Shown here: piece by piece, positions 1 to 14,181 of the stretch | How the letters are laid out: the number at the start of each line of letters is the position of its first letter | Numbering within the stretch: position 1 is the first letter of the stretch | DNA from: Octopus vulgaris | Lineage: Eukaryota | NCBI GenBank assembly: GCA_951406725.2 | Contig: OX597828.1 | Location: 72,850,001-72,914,000 of the forward strand | Direction of reading: 5' to 3' | DNA: 64,000 nt | Program-made: the position numbers and the translations under genes | Notes under the pieces: generated by a model | Told to the model about the DNA's origin: nothing | Database searches by the model: none | Seen by the model: only the letters and a program-made list of their open reading frames with translations

Positions 1-79
1 TGTATTCAAGAATAATTAAGATTTGAAAAGAGCATGAATTAGGTTGATTTTTATAATTCCTTCTAACTTTCGCAGACGA

Positions 80-221
80 TTAGCAATTTTAAGGGGGAGA
101 GTTCCTCGATTACATCGAACTCAGTGCTCAACTGGTGCGTATTTCATTGACCCTGAAAGGATGAAAGGCAAAGTCAATTTCGGTGGAATTTGAACTCAGA
201 TTCTGCCAGCTCACCGCCTTA
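80..221 (-). mobile_element. SINE family A copy (internally deleted)
   Basis: aaaggatgaaaggcaaagtc...gaatttgaactcag...ctgccagctcaccgcc is the reverse complement of the family A body and head. Confidence 0.7.
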
Positions 222-1217
222 GGGTGGTTTTAATCATAGTGTTGCTTACTGGTGTCTCTTGTAAAATTTAACTAATATATCTATTTCAATTAAATGATTT
301 AATATCACGTGATATCTCTTCTTCATTATATTACCATTTTCTTAAATATATGAAGTAACTTCAAAAACATGATTTTGTTTAACCAGAAAAACATTATAAT
401 AAAAATTTGTTTCTCAGACCAGAATAACAGGCGACTGCATTCCCTGTGTGCGGATCAGCGAGGTTAAACGGTAAAAGGAAGACAAAAATGTTTGATTTTC
501 ATCCAAAACAATCGAATTCTTTACTTGCATCCTGGCTCTTTGTCACGAAAAATACAACGGACATTTATTTTAGAGAAATTGATAATGCTATCCTTGATCC
601 AAAATAGAGACACCTTAGAAAATGTTCTACGGGTTTAGAAATACTTAGTATATTCCAACTTATATAAGCAAATTTATCAGTAACAACCCGGTCAAAAGCT
701 GTACTACGTTAATTAAAACTAAATAAGCGTAATAAGCCTAAGATTGTATATAATTGAATAATATTTGTCTATTTTTGAATATCAAAATACTAATTGCCTC
801 ATTAGTCTAAAGAAAACAATATTTGTCATTGTGTTCGATTATAGCGAATTTCTCCAAGACACGCAATTCCTCATTTCAAAAGTGCGAGATAATATTGGAA
901 TGATACAAACAAATGAGTTAATTGTAGATGGTTAATGTTATCAAAAACTGTTGAAGACAATAAAATTATATTTATTACAAACATTAAGATTTCCTTTTAT
1001 TCGAAAAAGTATAAAAGTATATAAAAAAAACAGGACATTCTATATTGAGAGATTAATATTTAAGGAGTTAATATATTGTTATTGAATTGAGAATAAAGAA
1101 CTTTTATTTGCCTTTTTACAATAATTATTTTGGAAATATTTTCTCTCGCCTCATAAACATTGAACTGATTGTTTTTTGATGAAGTTCCAGTCGCTGAATT
1201 CCATTTCTTTATTTCAG

Positions 1218-1376
1218 AGTGAGTACAAATCTTTGTGTGATCACTGCAAGAATTATGCTGTCGAATTACTGGAGCTTTGTCGTACAAATGAGGAAGTGAT
1301 GGCAGCTTTACATGGAGGGTCAGATATTCATGATTTGTCCAGAGTTCGTATGGCGATTAAATATGAACAGAAAAAG
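1218..1376 (+). CDS. TRPC: TRPC-family channel, internal exon A (linker/helix-loop-helix region)
   Basis: tttcag|AGT ... AAAAAG|gtaa; 159 nt, phase 0-0. SEYKSLCDHCKNYAVELLELCRTNEEV...LSRVRMAIKYEQKK matches the TRPC EY..L...C..F..DLL..CR..EE and L.RLKLAIKYEQK.F motifs. Confidence 0.93.
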
Positions 1377-1688
1377 GTAAGATTTAAAAGAAAAATGTTT
1401 TGGAGCTGCAACACTATGAAACTAGTCGTCCAAAATTGTCGTTCTATTATTATGAAAGAGTGTAAAATTGAAACATAGATTAACCGTAATAGGCAGAGAG
1501 TATACAAGAGTAACAAGAGTTGTATAGGAGTCGTATTTGTTGAAGAAGACCATGAATCTGAGTCTGTATGCTCAGAAAGATTTCTTTTGAGTGAGGCTGT
1601 TTGTTACCAAGCTTGCAACAAAAGAAAGGCCACCAAAGTTGACAGGTGGAGCATGAAATCACTGCCACCGTAGACATCGTCAGAATAC

Positions 1689-1722
<34 letters not shown>

Positions 1723-3163
1723 TAATAATGATAATAATAATATTATTACAAGCTATCATCGTCTTTTACAATTCCACCACTTCATCGCCGTTAAGTCTTT
1801 GTATTTTCTTTTGACCCAGAAATATTAAAAGTAAACTTAACCTCAGTCTGTTTGGAATTCAGAACTGCAGAATCATTCTCCATTTATGCTAGATCTATTT
1901 TGCTCAAAACACCTAATATTATAGAATAAATAAAAATACGTTGCGTTTGTTGATGCAGGGCTCTATTTTCACTTTTCAATAAACACAAGTATGTTGATGA
2001 TGTTACTGCTGTTGAGAGAAATGAAAGCGGCACGCTGGCAGAATCGTTAGCAAGCTAAGAGTTTCGTTCGTCTACACGTTCCGAGTTCAATCTTCGCAAT
2101 GGGAACGAAACTAAAACCATTAGATTGCGAGAGAACGTCTTATCTGCATGGCTAAGCCCGCCCCAGATACTGGAATTTCGACATTGTAAATATAGCTTTA
2201 GAAATATTAACGCAATGCAATTATATGTCATAATATCTCGCAAACAACGAAAACACTGTAAAATACCATTGCATGAGGTTGATAAGGTAAACTTAAATTT
2301 TGTACTTTGGATTAACAACCGCGTAAAAAATCTACATTTATTTAAAACTACAAATATATCTCCTGTAAACTCTTAAATCTTTAACCTATATTTTAAAATA
2401 GTTGAAGAGACTTTTTCGTAACAACCTACTGATCTCACTAAGATTAGATTTGTCTATAGTAAGGAAAGTTATATTTTTATTGTTTCTAAGACAAAAGATT
2501 TAACAACAGATGCATAATTTGCATAGCAGAAACAATCTGAAAAATATTTTCAGATATTTAAATTATCTACTAACGATAAATAATTACATTTTCTAAAATT
2601 TTTATAAATAAATATATCTAACAGATTAAGAATTAAGATAATAAAATAATAAAAATGGCTTGTTTTTTAAAAACAAAATTATCAAATATGAAAATATCAA
2701 ATATAAAGTTATAAAATATAAACTACAAAAATGTAAAAAAATGTAGAACTCTTTTAGAAATAATTTCAATAATGAAACTAACAATATGTTCTATGAAATG
2801 TTAGAGTCTTATTGAGATTGGCGAAAAGGAAAAAAATTAGGATAAAAATTCTAATGTTTATCGAGATTTTCAAAGATAATATGAAACATATTTTTAATAC
2901 AAAAAATGCAATAAAATACAAAAAAAATGCAATAAAAGGTCAAGAAGACTCATAAAAATACTAGAACATTTATTATATAAATAGCTTTAAAAAAATCTGG
3001 GAACAATATTTTCAAGTTTCTAAAAATATGAAACTAAATTAAGCAATAAAGAAACACACACACATACACACACATGTGTAAATATAGTCACGCCCAGAAG
3101 AGACGGGTAATTACTCACACACGCGCGAACTCAAAATGTAAACTTACAATCACTGACTTAGTC

Positions 3164-3845
<682 letters not shown>

Positions 3846-4480
3846 ATGGACGGACGGATATTACATATGTATGACCATTTTAGGTAAATCTATGGATCAA
3901 CAAGATCGGGAAAATTTGTTTGATCTCTTTCTCTCTCCTTTCTATTACTTACTTAGCCTGTCTGTCTCTTCTGTTTATCTGTCTGTCTCTCTTTTTCTCT
4001 CTCTTCCTCTACCTCTCTCTTTCTCTGTAGAAGCAGAAATAATGAGTCATACATATATTCACGCACACAATGACAAATGCGTAACGATATTTGTTTGGCC
4101 GTTTACATTGTATATATGTATATATGTATATGTATACACACACACACATATATATATAGTGTGAGAGAGGGAGAGGGAGAGAGAGTAAGAAGAAGAAAGG
4201 AAGATGGAAACGATATTAGTTTAGCGGCATCATCTGACACTTAAGTGTCTCCAGCACAATTCAGACTGTTTTAAGCATCCAGGCCATGTTTCAAGAATAG
4301 CAATAACTCGATAGAACAAGTGCTGCTCGCTCCTTATCGCAAGAATAAAGACATGAGACGTGATTTTCTCCTCATCCATCCTTCCATCCGTCCATTGCTG
4401 GCAATAAGGACTCGGAAACTTCATTGATGCTGAGCTCCCAGTTTTACCCCTAAACTCTTAAAAATGAAAAATACACAAAT

Positions 4481-4648
4481 AGGTGCCAGCGTCACCGTGG
4501 GCAGTGAAGAAATAACAAGTTTACTTCTCAAGCACATGATTCCGGGTTCAGTTCTACTGTGATGCATCTCAAGCAGATGCTTTCTGCTATAACCACGGCC
4601 CAACCAAATCCATGTGAGATGATTTCATTAACGGAAACTGAAAGAAGT
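4481..4648 (+). mobile_element. SINE family B 5' half (degenerate)
   Basis: cacatgattccgggttcagttctactg...acggaaactgaaagaag. Confidence 0.65.
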
Positions 4649-4659
4649 CAAAGAAACGT

Positions 4660-4990
4660 GTCGAATAAAGCGCCTCAGATATGTAATAGTCTACATATGG
4701 AATATTCTTGAAGGGCCCTTACCTAATTTTGGCATTGAGTGCTATACAAATGCCAGAACTGGACGTCTTTGTATCGTTCCAAAGGTGGCATCTATTCCAT
4801 CTAAATTCAGGGCCAGGTGCTGCAATAGCTTAGGGTTCAAAGACCCACAGCTCTTCAATGCCCGGGCACCAAAAGTTAAGAAACCTACACAATGTGGACG
4901 TAGATGTCTTCACAACGGAACTGAATGAGACCTACTTCTCTACTCAATACCGGATAAACCGACGATCCGATATGAGGTACAGACGAAGGC
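4660..4990 (+). mobile_element. Decayed LINE ORF2 C-terminal fragment (CR1/L2 group)
   Basis: Frameshifted translation RLRYVIVYIWNILEGPLPNFGI...LGFKDPQLFNA...LRNLHNVDVDVF...IPDKP resembles LINE ORF2 C-termini. Confidence 0.6.
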
Positions 4991-5146
4991 AGCGAAGCCG
5001 GGACAAAGGCTTACACAGGAGTGGTTATGTGAAGCCCTAACGCCTTGAGGAAATCATCCGTACGAGGATCATAAGTAACGGTGCAAAATTTCGGTGGTGC
5101 TCCAGCTCCAACGCAGCAACACGAATGAGACGAATAGAAGATTATA

Positions 5147-5383
5147 TTGGGCTGGTGCATAATTATTGCGGCTTTTTTTCAACAAACAATAACAATATTT
5201 AACAAAAACATCTTTAAATGACGGTCTGACCGTCTGGCAAGCAAACGGGAAGCAGTAATTGAAGTAGATGGTGAATATGCTCCGGAATAATCATTTAAAG
5301 ATGTTTTTGTTACCTGATGTTATTGTTTTTTGTTGAATAAAATTTGTTGAAAAAAAGACCGCAATAATTATGCACCAGTCCAA
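5147..5383 (+). mobile_element. Mariner-derived MITE (MADE1-like TIRs), copy 1
   Basis: TIRs ttgggctggtgcataattattgcgg / ccgcaataattatgcaccagtccaa, with TA on the left. Internally encodes DRLASKREAVIEVDGEYAPE*, like a mariner transposase C-terminus. Confidence 0.85.
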
Positions 5384-5496
5384 TGTGTGTGTGTGTGTGC
5401 GTGCGCGCGCGTGCGTGTGTGCGTGTGTGTGCACACACTGGATATAAAGAACCGGATATAAAGATTGATTCCAAAGTTTGGTACAAAGACAGCATT

Positions 5497-5868
5497 TCCG
5501 GGGAAGATGATAAATCAATTACATCGATCCAAGTGCTCAATTGCTACTTGTTTTATCGACCTCGAACGGATGAAAGACAAAGTTGACCTCGGCGGAATTT
5601 GAACTCAAAACGAAAGAACGGACGAAATGCCGCTAAGCATCGTTCCCGGCGCGGTAACGAATCAGCCAGTCTCGCCGCGTTGCCGGATTTAAGCATTGGT
5701 TTTAAATTTTAACACAATGCCACAAATTTCGGTTCTTATTTTGTCGACCCTCAAAGGATGAAATGCAATGTCGACGTCACTGGAATTTGAACAAGAACGT
5801 AATTACAAACGAAACGCCGCTAAACAATTTTCCCTGGCATGCTGAAGATTCTGCCGACTCACCAGCTT
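5497..5868 (-). mobile_element. Two tandem SINE family A copies
   Basis: Two repeats of tcgaccc...ggatgaaa...ggaatttgaac...gccgctaa (5497-5680 and 5733-5868). Confidence 0.7.
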
Positions 5869-6279
5869 CGCAGCACCACAGGCAGCCATTAATTAGATGC
5901 GAGCGAATATTGCGACAGTTATCATTTTAACAACTCTATTAATGTGGACGGCTTGTGGTTCGTTAATTGAGTTTTGAATAGATATAATTCAATTAGGAGC
6001 TATAATTTAGGTATGTTACATAACAAATTTTCCAAACAGAACTCTGTGTGCGCGCGCGCGTACGTGTGCGTGTGGAGGAATTTAAATTTATTTTTCGAAG
6101 TTTTCACCGATGGAGAAAAACCGTTTCGTTTGCTAACCAAAGAAACAAATTCATAGGAATACAAATAAAAAGTTAGTAATTTTGTACGCTTATTTGTAAG
6201 TATACATACACACATACATACATAAATACATACACAAATATGTACGTACATACATACATACACATATATGTATGTATTT

Positions 6280-6354
<75 letters not shown>

Positions 6355-7177
6355 TCTATCTATCTATCTATACGTGTGTATAAACTGTTTTGACTAGGAG
6401 GAAGAAGGCAGTCTGTCTTTTCTCATATATGTACACACACACACACACATATGCATATATGTGTGTGCATATGTATATATATATATATATATATATACAT
6501 ATATATATGCATATATATATACATATATATACATATGTACATATATATATATATATGTATATGCATGTATGTATGTCCCTATGTGTGTGTATATATCTAT
6601 GTATGTATTTCAAAGTAAAGGTGTGTATGATTGTATATTGAAAATAATCGAATCTTGTCAAAAGAGAATACCTATTTGAATTGTTCCTTGAGCGGCTCAG
6701 ATAAAAACAAAAATATCAATACAGATTCAGTGTTATTTCTGAAGTTAAGGTTTCTGTTTGTTATGTTTACGCATTTGAATTTTTTTGAATTACCCACAGG
6801 GTTGCTGTGTCTGAGTCAATAAATAGCTTTCTTTGACTCGTTCAAATAATCTTAATAAAAAAAATAAAACGTACAATAAATACATAATCGTAAAAATGTA
6901 GAGCCATCTGAAAGAATTAGATTTAAATATATTATATAGAAACCTGGCAATTACACTTCTCATGTAACGTGTCTATAGCATTTCATGCAAGATATGTTAT
7001 ATAGAACTTAATTTCAAATCAAATTGGAAGCTTTAAGTGTGAAAATGTGTCGGATCTTCGTCGTCCGATTATGGTGATTCAGTTAAGTCAACTCCAATAC
7101 TTGTTCCAGAATTAATGTGTAAATGGTTGAGCAGCCACAGATAGGTGTATTTTTAAAATACTTTATAGGCAGTATCA

Positions 7178-7392
7178 GGCGGTGAGCTGGCAGAATCGTT
7201 AGCACACCGGATGAAATGCTTAGCGGCATTTCAGCCATTTATAACTTTCTGTATTCAAATTCAGCCGAGATCGAGGTAGACTTACATCCTTTCGCATACT
7301 ATAAAATAAGTAATAGTTGAACACTGGAGTCGATGTATTCCACTTAGTCCCTCCACTGAACTTGCTGGCCTTGTGCCAAAAACCTGAGACCA
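7178..7392 (+). mobile_element. tRNA-derived SINE family A (Deu/Nin-domain-like)
   Basis: ggcggtgagctggcagaatcgttagc head, ttcaaattc B-box-like motif, catcctttcg...ataaaataagta central domain; many copies in the window. Confidence 0.75.
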
Positions 7393-8779
7393 ATTCACAG
7401 GTAGCATCAGCCTGATACTCACTAATCAGTGTGTGTGTGTGTGTGTGTGTGAGGGACAGAGAGTGTTGTGTGGACGCCCCCAGACGATGAAGTAGACTAG
7501 CCCAATACGTATATATTGAGGCAGAAGTCTAGACGTCGAATAGACTAGAACAGTAGTAGAGAACAGTTGAGTAGCGGAGCAGAGTAGATTAAGTAGAGGT
7601 AATCTGAACGTGCGACATAACAAAGAGAGAGAGAGAAAGAGAAAGAGAGAGAGAGAGAGAGAAAGAAAAGTGGGGCTAGTCTTTTTGGATTACAGGTAAA
7701 ATCTCCTGACACAAACGTCTATCGAAATTCCGTCTCCTAGACTTCGTTCACATCTGAAATTATAGAAAAAATGTAATTGTCTCAGATGCTGCGAAGTCTG
7801 ATCGATCTTCAGGACTTCCTCGCTGCAAAATAAACTTCTTTATCATTCGACCATACTGTACAAATACTTGTGCTGTTAATAACGAAGAAAGGCGAAAAAA
7901 CGAAAGGAAGAGAAAGCAGATAACATGAAACTATATTGGAACTGGCATAAATTTCCAAGAAATTTCGTGTTAAATATTTAAATATTGCATCACAGAAATA
8001 GAAAACTAGTCAGGTCAGTTCTAGAACTTGTAATATAGTATTCACAGAGACGAATGAGAGCTCCATATAGTCAATCATTGTCACAGTAACTATAAAAAAA
8101 AAGAGAAAAAAAAAGATGTGAAGTACGCCATGTTATGTTCCATTGTAAACTTTACCATTTGTTTCTGCTTCTGTATACCATATAAGCCATAAATGTCTCT
8201 CGTATCTTTTATATTTTGAATTTGATTATTTCTATATAGGCCTATGGGATTTCCGTTGAAGCACAAGCTGCAAATTTAATTATATTTAAATGTTTCTGGA
8301 AATTCTGTTGATTATTTCGAAAAATAAAAAGAAACTTATTAATTTATGGCATTCGATAGAAAGTATCCGGTAGCTCTGGATTACTGCAAAACTTGAGGAA
8401 CATAAATTATTAAGATCACGTAGACAAGCGACAATCAAAACAATCATGAGCGTATCCAGTCTTAATACTTTCTGTCAGATTCGAATCCGAAATGCAGGAG
8501 CGATTAGCATATACGCGTCCAAATCTACCGGAAACGGATTAACAATAAATATGTACACAATCATTATAAAGATTAAATAGACTTTTTTATTTGTGAATCT
8601 GGATCCAACTTTAACCGTCTGAATTGCGTCACAGTGTGTGTATATGTATGCATGCATGTAGGTAGGTAAGTAGGTATATATGTATGTTTGTATGTATCTA
8701 TTTATCTACATATCTCTCTCTATATATAGATATGTACATATATTTACATATATATACATATATATACATATATATATAT

Positions 8780-8832
<53 letters not shown>

Positions 8833-9097
8833 CACATTCATATTAATATATAAATATACATATATATATGTATATATATATATGTATATATGTATATGTG
8901 TGTGTGTGTACATGTGTGTGTGTGTGTGTATAGGTGAAAAATGTTTGAATTAGATTCGTCCTTTAATTTGGAGGTTTCAAAAAAAGATTTCTAATATTGA
9001 TTCTTCAGATTTTGTTGGTTGTTTACAGGCGTAAATTTGCGTAAAAATGGCTGACGCTTAGTAAGGAGAGACACAAATAAGAAAGAAGAGAACAAAG

Positions 9098-9141
9098 GAC
9101 CACTGATGCGGTCACAGGAGTGTGACGAAAGAACTCTGGTC
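9098..9141 (+). ncRNA. Hammerhead motif with mutated core
   Basis: gacca CTGATGCG gtcaca-ggag-tgtgac GAAA gaac TC tggtc. Stems I and II pair perfectly, but A9 is replaced and there is one extra base. Confidence 0.6.
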
Positions 9142-9410
9142 GAAATAAGATTAAGATTAATGTAAAAAATAAATAACACTGAAGCAAAGTAACATCAAAT
9201 ATATAGTGCATGTGTTTTTATTGGCTAAACTGGCAAAATGACCATTCCGAAATATAACAATATAACAACTTCACATAAAAAATCTTGCACAACAAATATA
9301 TAAGCGTATATATATATATATATATAGAGGGCATTACTACATATCGTCCGAATGCAACTCTAGAAGCAAGTCAAATGACTTGCTTCGAGAGTTGCATTCG
9401 GTACGATGTG

Positions 9411-11406
9411 TTTGAGGAAGAAACACAAGCCCTGGGTGACGAAGAAGGTTAAACGAGAACGTCGACTCAGAGATATTGCTTGGGCTGAATTCAAAAATCT
9501 GGATTCGACTGCAGCTTTTGAGGTGTACAAAACTCAACGAGACCGAGCCGTGAAAATTGAAAAGAAAGAACGCTTCAGTTATGAATACAAAATCGCGGCA
9601 AATGCCAGTAGCAATCCAAAAACCTTCTTTGCCCATGTCCAGCGGAATTCCCGCTTGAACAACCAGATTGCAACGTTGGTAGACTCAACAGGCGTATCGA
9701 TTGAGGACCCTTATCAACAGAGTCAGTTATTTGCCGAGGCTTTTTCAACTATTTTCAAACAAGATGATGGTCGTGAACCCCTCCATTTGTTAGATCGGCA
9801 CCTCCAATGCTTCGATTGGTCATCACGCGGGACGAAGTCAAACGCGTTATTCAAGGACTCGATGTCAACAAGGGTCACAGCCCTGACGGCATACACCCAC
9901 GGGTTATCAAAGCGTTGGCTCCGGTCATCTGCGAGCCCTTAACACGACTTTTCAATATGTCATTGGCGACGGGTGTTATACCTGCAGACTGGAGAACAGC
10001 GATAATCTGCCCAATTTTCAAGAAAGGGAGCCGCGAAGACCCGCTTAACTACCGACCGGTTTCCCTTACATCAATAATCAGCAAGATGTTCGAAACCATC
10101 CTTAAGAAAAGTATGATGCTTCACCTCCTAAACACAGCCTCTATCTCTGATTCCCAACACGGCTTCGTGCCGAAGAGATCATGCTTGACCAACTTACTAG
10201 CAATGGAAGAATTGGTGACGCGCATCCTCGATTATAGTGATGCTGTTGACATCGGTTTATTGGACTTTGCCAAAGCGTTTGACTCGGTAAACCACCGCCT
10301 ATTACTTGTCAAGCTTCAAGCATATAGTTTCCATCCGGATATTGTACGATGGGTTGGTGCCTTCCTTTCAGATCGCTCCTTCCAAGTCCAAGTTAATGGT
10401 TCGCGGTCCGACGTCTCCAGTGCGAGCAGTGGCGTGCCTCAAGGTTCAGTGCTTGGGCCCTTGTTGTTCTTAGTCTTCATAAATGACTTACCCGACGACC
10501 TCACGCAACACACCCTTCTATTTGCCGACGATATCAAACTGGTCGCTCCTCGCGGTAATATAGAGGATCTTCGTCGATGCCTCCACCAAATTTGGAAGTG
10601 GTCTAACGATTGGGACCTGTGTCTGAACGTGTCAAAGTGCTGCCATCTGCCTGTCGGCTCTACTCCTGCAACTCAACTTGATTTCGAGCCGGGTCGTTTG
10701 CTGCTGGAGAGGACCGATCAGGTAAAGGACCTGGGTATCTTGGTGGATTCCTCCTTTTCGCTTTCAGCCCAGTGCGTCCATGCTGCCAACAAAGCACGCG
10801 GAATTCTGTTCTTTATTCGACGGTCATTCGGAATGCTCACAGCAGCCATATTCCTACCACTCTATGTCACACTGGTGAGACCCATATTGGAGTATGGGAT
10901 TCAAGCCTCTTCTCCTTATCTCCTCAAAGACATACAGCATCTCGAAAGAGTCCAGAAGCTGGCTACCCGCATGGTTCATGGTCTCAAAAATTTGTCCTAC
11001 GAAGAAAGGCTGAGGACGCTCGACCTTTATTCTCTTGAAAAACGCCGCCGCCGTGGTGATCTCATTCTCGCCCACAACATCATAAGCGGAAAGTGTAACC
11101 TCTCGAAAGAGCTGTTCTTCACTCCTGCTCCAGAGCGTCGGCTGCGGGGTCATTCTGAAAAGCTCTACCTGCGACGATTTCATCTCAATCGAAGGAGAGG
11201 AGCTTTCTCCGTCCGGGTTGCGGATCCGTGGAACAAGCTGCCAGACGAGATGATGAAGATGCCGACGACCGCTTTGTTCAAAGCCTCCCTGGACCTCAAG
11301 TGGCCTGAACTCTTTACATGAACACCACCCTGTACTTAACTCCATGTCCCCCTACATGGCCTTGCTATTTGCTTTTGAGCCAAATTAACTAACTAACTAA
11401 CTAACT
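9411..11406 (+). mobile_element. 5'-truncated CR1-clade LINE (ORF2 reverse transcriptase) with (TAAC)n tail
   Basis: ORFs 9406-9942 and 9807-11321 joined by a frameshift near 9790. RT motifs NYRPVSLTS, QHGF, DFAKAFD, GVPQGSVLGP, LFADD; CR1-type C-terminus LERVQ..ATR..GL..LSYEERL...YSLEKRRRRGDL. (TAAC)n at ~11386-11406; no endonuclease domain. Confidence 0.92.
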
Positions 11407-12168
11407 AGTAGTTTTGACTTTAAGAGTTCCTCCCAGCGTGTGGCGTTTATGTGTAGTAATGCCTTCTATATAATATAAATAAATATATTTAAGTGAAAAA
11501 ATTGGTGGATTTTTTCTCTTATGAGGTTTTTCACGCTGACAACTTGATAAATTTTTATAAAGATTTTATCCTATTTTCAAATATACATATATTATACATG
11601 TTCATATCCCACGGGTGTTCGTAAAAGCCAGTGAAAACCTGTCTTAGCTCCATGGAATACACTATATATTGAATACTTGCACACAATTGACAGATTTAGA
11701 AGGAAACGAATAATATTTTGTTATTTCAAAAAGATAATCAGTTTTGCTTTTCTCTCACTTTAATATATTTCAGTTTATTTTATGAATAATTCCAGGTCTT
11801 TGGATCACTTGGGGAGATAATTCTTTGCTTGTGTCTTCAAATATAACGAATATAAATTTACTGTATTTGATAGCATAAAAGACGCACTGAGGTGTTGGAC
11901 GCACCCGAATTTCAGCAGCGCATATTCAGAACAAAAAGCGTGGTGTACAAAATTAGCTTATGGGAGGCTCAATCTCTCATCTAGGACACAGGGTCTTTCT
12001 GAGAAAATTTTTGGAAAGAAATGCGTCATATATTCTGTCAAGTACAGCAGATTTAAACTGAGATACTGTAACTAAAATACTTCTTGATAAATTCATTCAT
12101 ATTACCTTGTCATTGTGTTTATTATATTTCATTTCTCTAAAATAATATTTTGTTATGTTTCTAACCAG

Positions 12169-12333
12169 TTTATCGCCCATGCCAGCTGTCAGGAACATCT
12201 AATGAGTATTTGGTATGCAGGTGTCCCTTGGTTCCAACATCAGTCTTTTATGGTAAAATTATTCATTGTTCCACTCGGTATTCTCTTCATACCTGTCACA
12301 GCAATCATCTACGTTTTTTTACCCTATTCCAAG
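12169..12333 (+). CDS. TRPC: TRPC-family channel, exon B (pre-S1 elbow)
   Basis: aaccag|TTT ... AAG|gtaag; 165 nt, phase 0-0. FIAHASCQEHLMSIWYAG continues exon A into the TRPC KFVAHPNCQQ.L.SIWY motif. Confidence 0.93.
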
Positions 12334-12344
12334 GTAAGAACAAG

Positions 12345-12479
<135 letters not shown>

Positions 12480-13157
12480 CTTCGCTTTTGTATTGTTTGT
12501 AAGCTTCTTGCTCTGAATTCATGTGTTGAAGTAAGACTTGTAATGTCTTGTAATGTTCAACAATAAAGAAGTGATATTGAACCAGTGCGTGTGTTAACAT
12601 TATTGGTGTAATAACCCTCCCAAGACACAAGACTAACTATATATGAATGTATTCTTAATATTTGAGTCATCTTGTATATAAAGCATTCTTTATATCATAT
12701 AGGCAGATGAAAATAGCCAAACAATGTTTAGTATAATATAGATATAATTTATTTGAAGTTACAACCAGCCCTTTCATAAATGCATTTAATCACATCCAGC
12801 TCTCTACTCCCAACTATTGTACGAGTGATTTAATATTTAAAGCTTTTCATTAACGATCATTATACTCCTATAAATCACATGATATTGTTTCCTGACATAA
12901 TTAAATGTAATTAAATATTCGTTAATGATTTTTTTACTCGGTTTTATGTCGCTGTCACATATTTCATATTTCTATTATTTTTTTTTGGGTGTTTTTGACT
13001 ATGTAATCTCTCATTATCAAGAATTGATAAGATATATACATATATGTATGTGTGTGTGTGTGTGTGTGCAATGTGTACGTGTTTGAGTATATGTGAATGT
13101 TCGTGCGCGTCCGTTTATATATAATTATATATATATGAGAAAAAGAACAATCCAGCG

Positions 13158-13234
<77 letters not shown>

Positions 13235-13327
13235 GTCTATCTATCTATCCATCTAACTGTCTGTCTGTTTATGTATGTATGTGTCAATCTATTTATTTAT
13301 CTATTTGTCTATCTATACACACATACA

Positions 13328-13575
13328 TTGGGTTGGCACATATTATTGATTGCGGCCTTTTTTCAACAGATTTTGTTCAACAAAAACAATAAGAACATGT
13401 AACAAAATCCTCTTTAAATGGTTATTCCGGAGCATATTCACCATCTACTTCAATTACTGTCTCCCACTTGCTTGCCAGAGTGTCAGATCGTCATTTAAAG
13501 ATGCTTTTGTTAAATATTGTTGCTTTTGTTGTATACAAATTGTTGTAAAAAAGGCCGCAATAATTATGCACCAAC

Positions 13576-13579
<4 letters not shown>
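13328..13579 (-). mobile_element. Mariner-derived MITE, copy 2 (inverted relative to copy 1)
   Basis: TIRs ttgggttggcacata / ccgcaataattatgcaccaacccaa followed by TA. The interior is the reverse complement of 5147-5383. Confidence 0.85.
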
Positions 13580-13606
<27 letters not shown>

Positions 13607-13889
13607 CCAGAGAGAAAGAAAGATAGACAGGTAGATATAACTATAGATGTAGATATGTATGTGTGTGTGAGGGAGAGACAGATCAATATTTTGTCATCTG
13701 AAAGTCCTTTAACCTACACTCGTTAATTAGTTACTTAGACAACATAATGTCAGAATGTTACCATAGAAACTTGTCTCGTGTATATTTTCTTGTGTTGCTC
13801 AGAGTGACGCTTCTCAATGGTCGACTAGCTGCACATCCCTGGTTAAAAAGCATAGCTCCATTCTTTCAATTATTGAGGATCCATCAAAC

Positions 13890-13954
13890 TAGTGTTTGCC
13901 AGTGGTAGTACTGGGGGTGTCCGTGAACTAAATTCAAAATTTCACACACACGGG

Positions 13955-13987
<33 letters not shown>

Positions 13988-14037
13988 GCACACACACACA
14001 CGCACACACACACGCCACACGCGCACACACACACACG

Positions 14038-14104
<67 letters not shown>

Positions 14105-14181
14105 GATAACCATATTAAAAGGGGCCCGTGAGAAAACTCATTTAAATAAAAGGGGTTAGGAACAATTGTTGTGAACCACTG
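13890..14181. mobile_element. hAT-type MITE with internal (CA)n expansion
   Basis: Termini tagtgtttgcc / gtgaaccactg. 8-bp flanking direct repeats catcaaac (13882-13889) and cattaaac (14182-14189), the hAT TSD length. Confidence 0.7.

Noticed and set aside
418-470. Possible upstream TRPC exon (ttctcag ... gtaaaa)
   Set aside because: The translation lacks the expected E.EFK-type ending and any TRPC similarity.
7178-7265. tRNA genes suggested by A/B-box motifs
   Set aside because: They are SINE heads that continue into SINE bodies; no complete cloverleaf.
10854-11345. 163-aa antisense ORF
   Set aside because: It is the shadow frame of the LINE RT coding strand.
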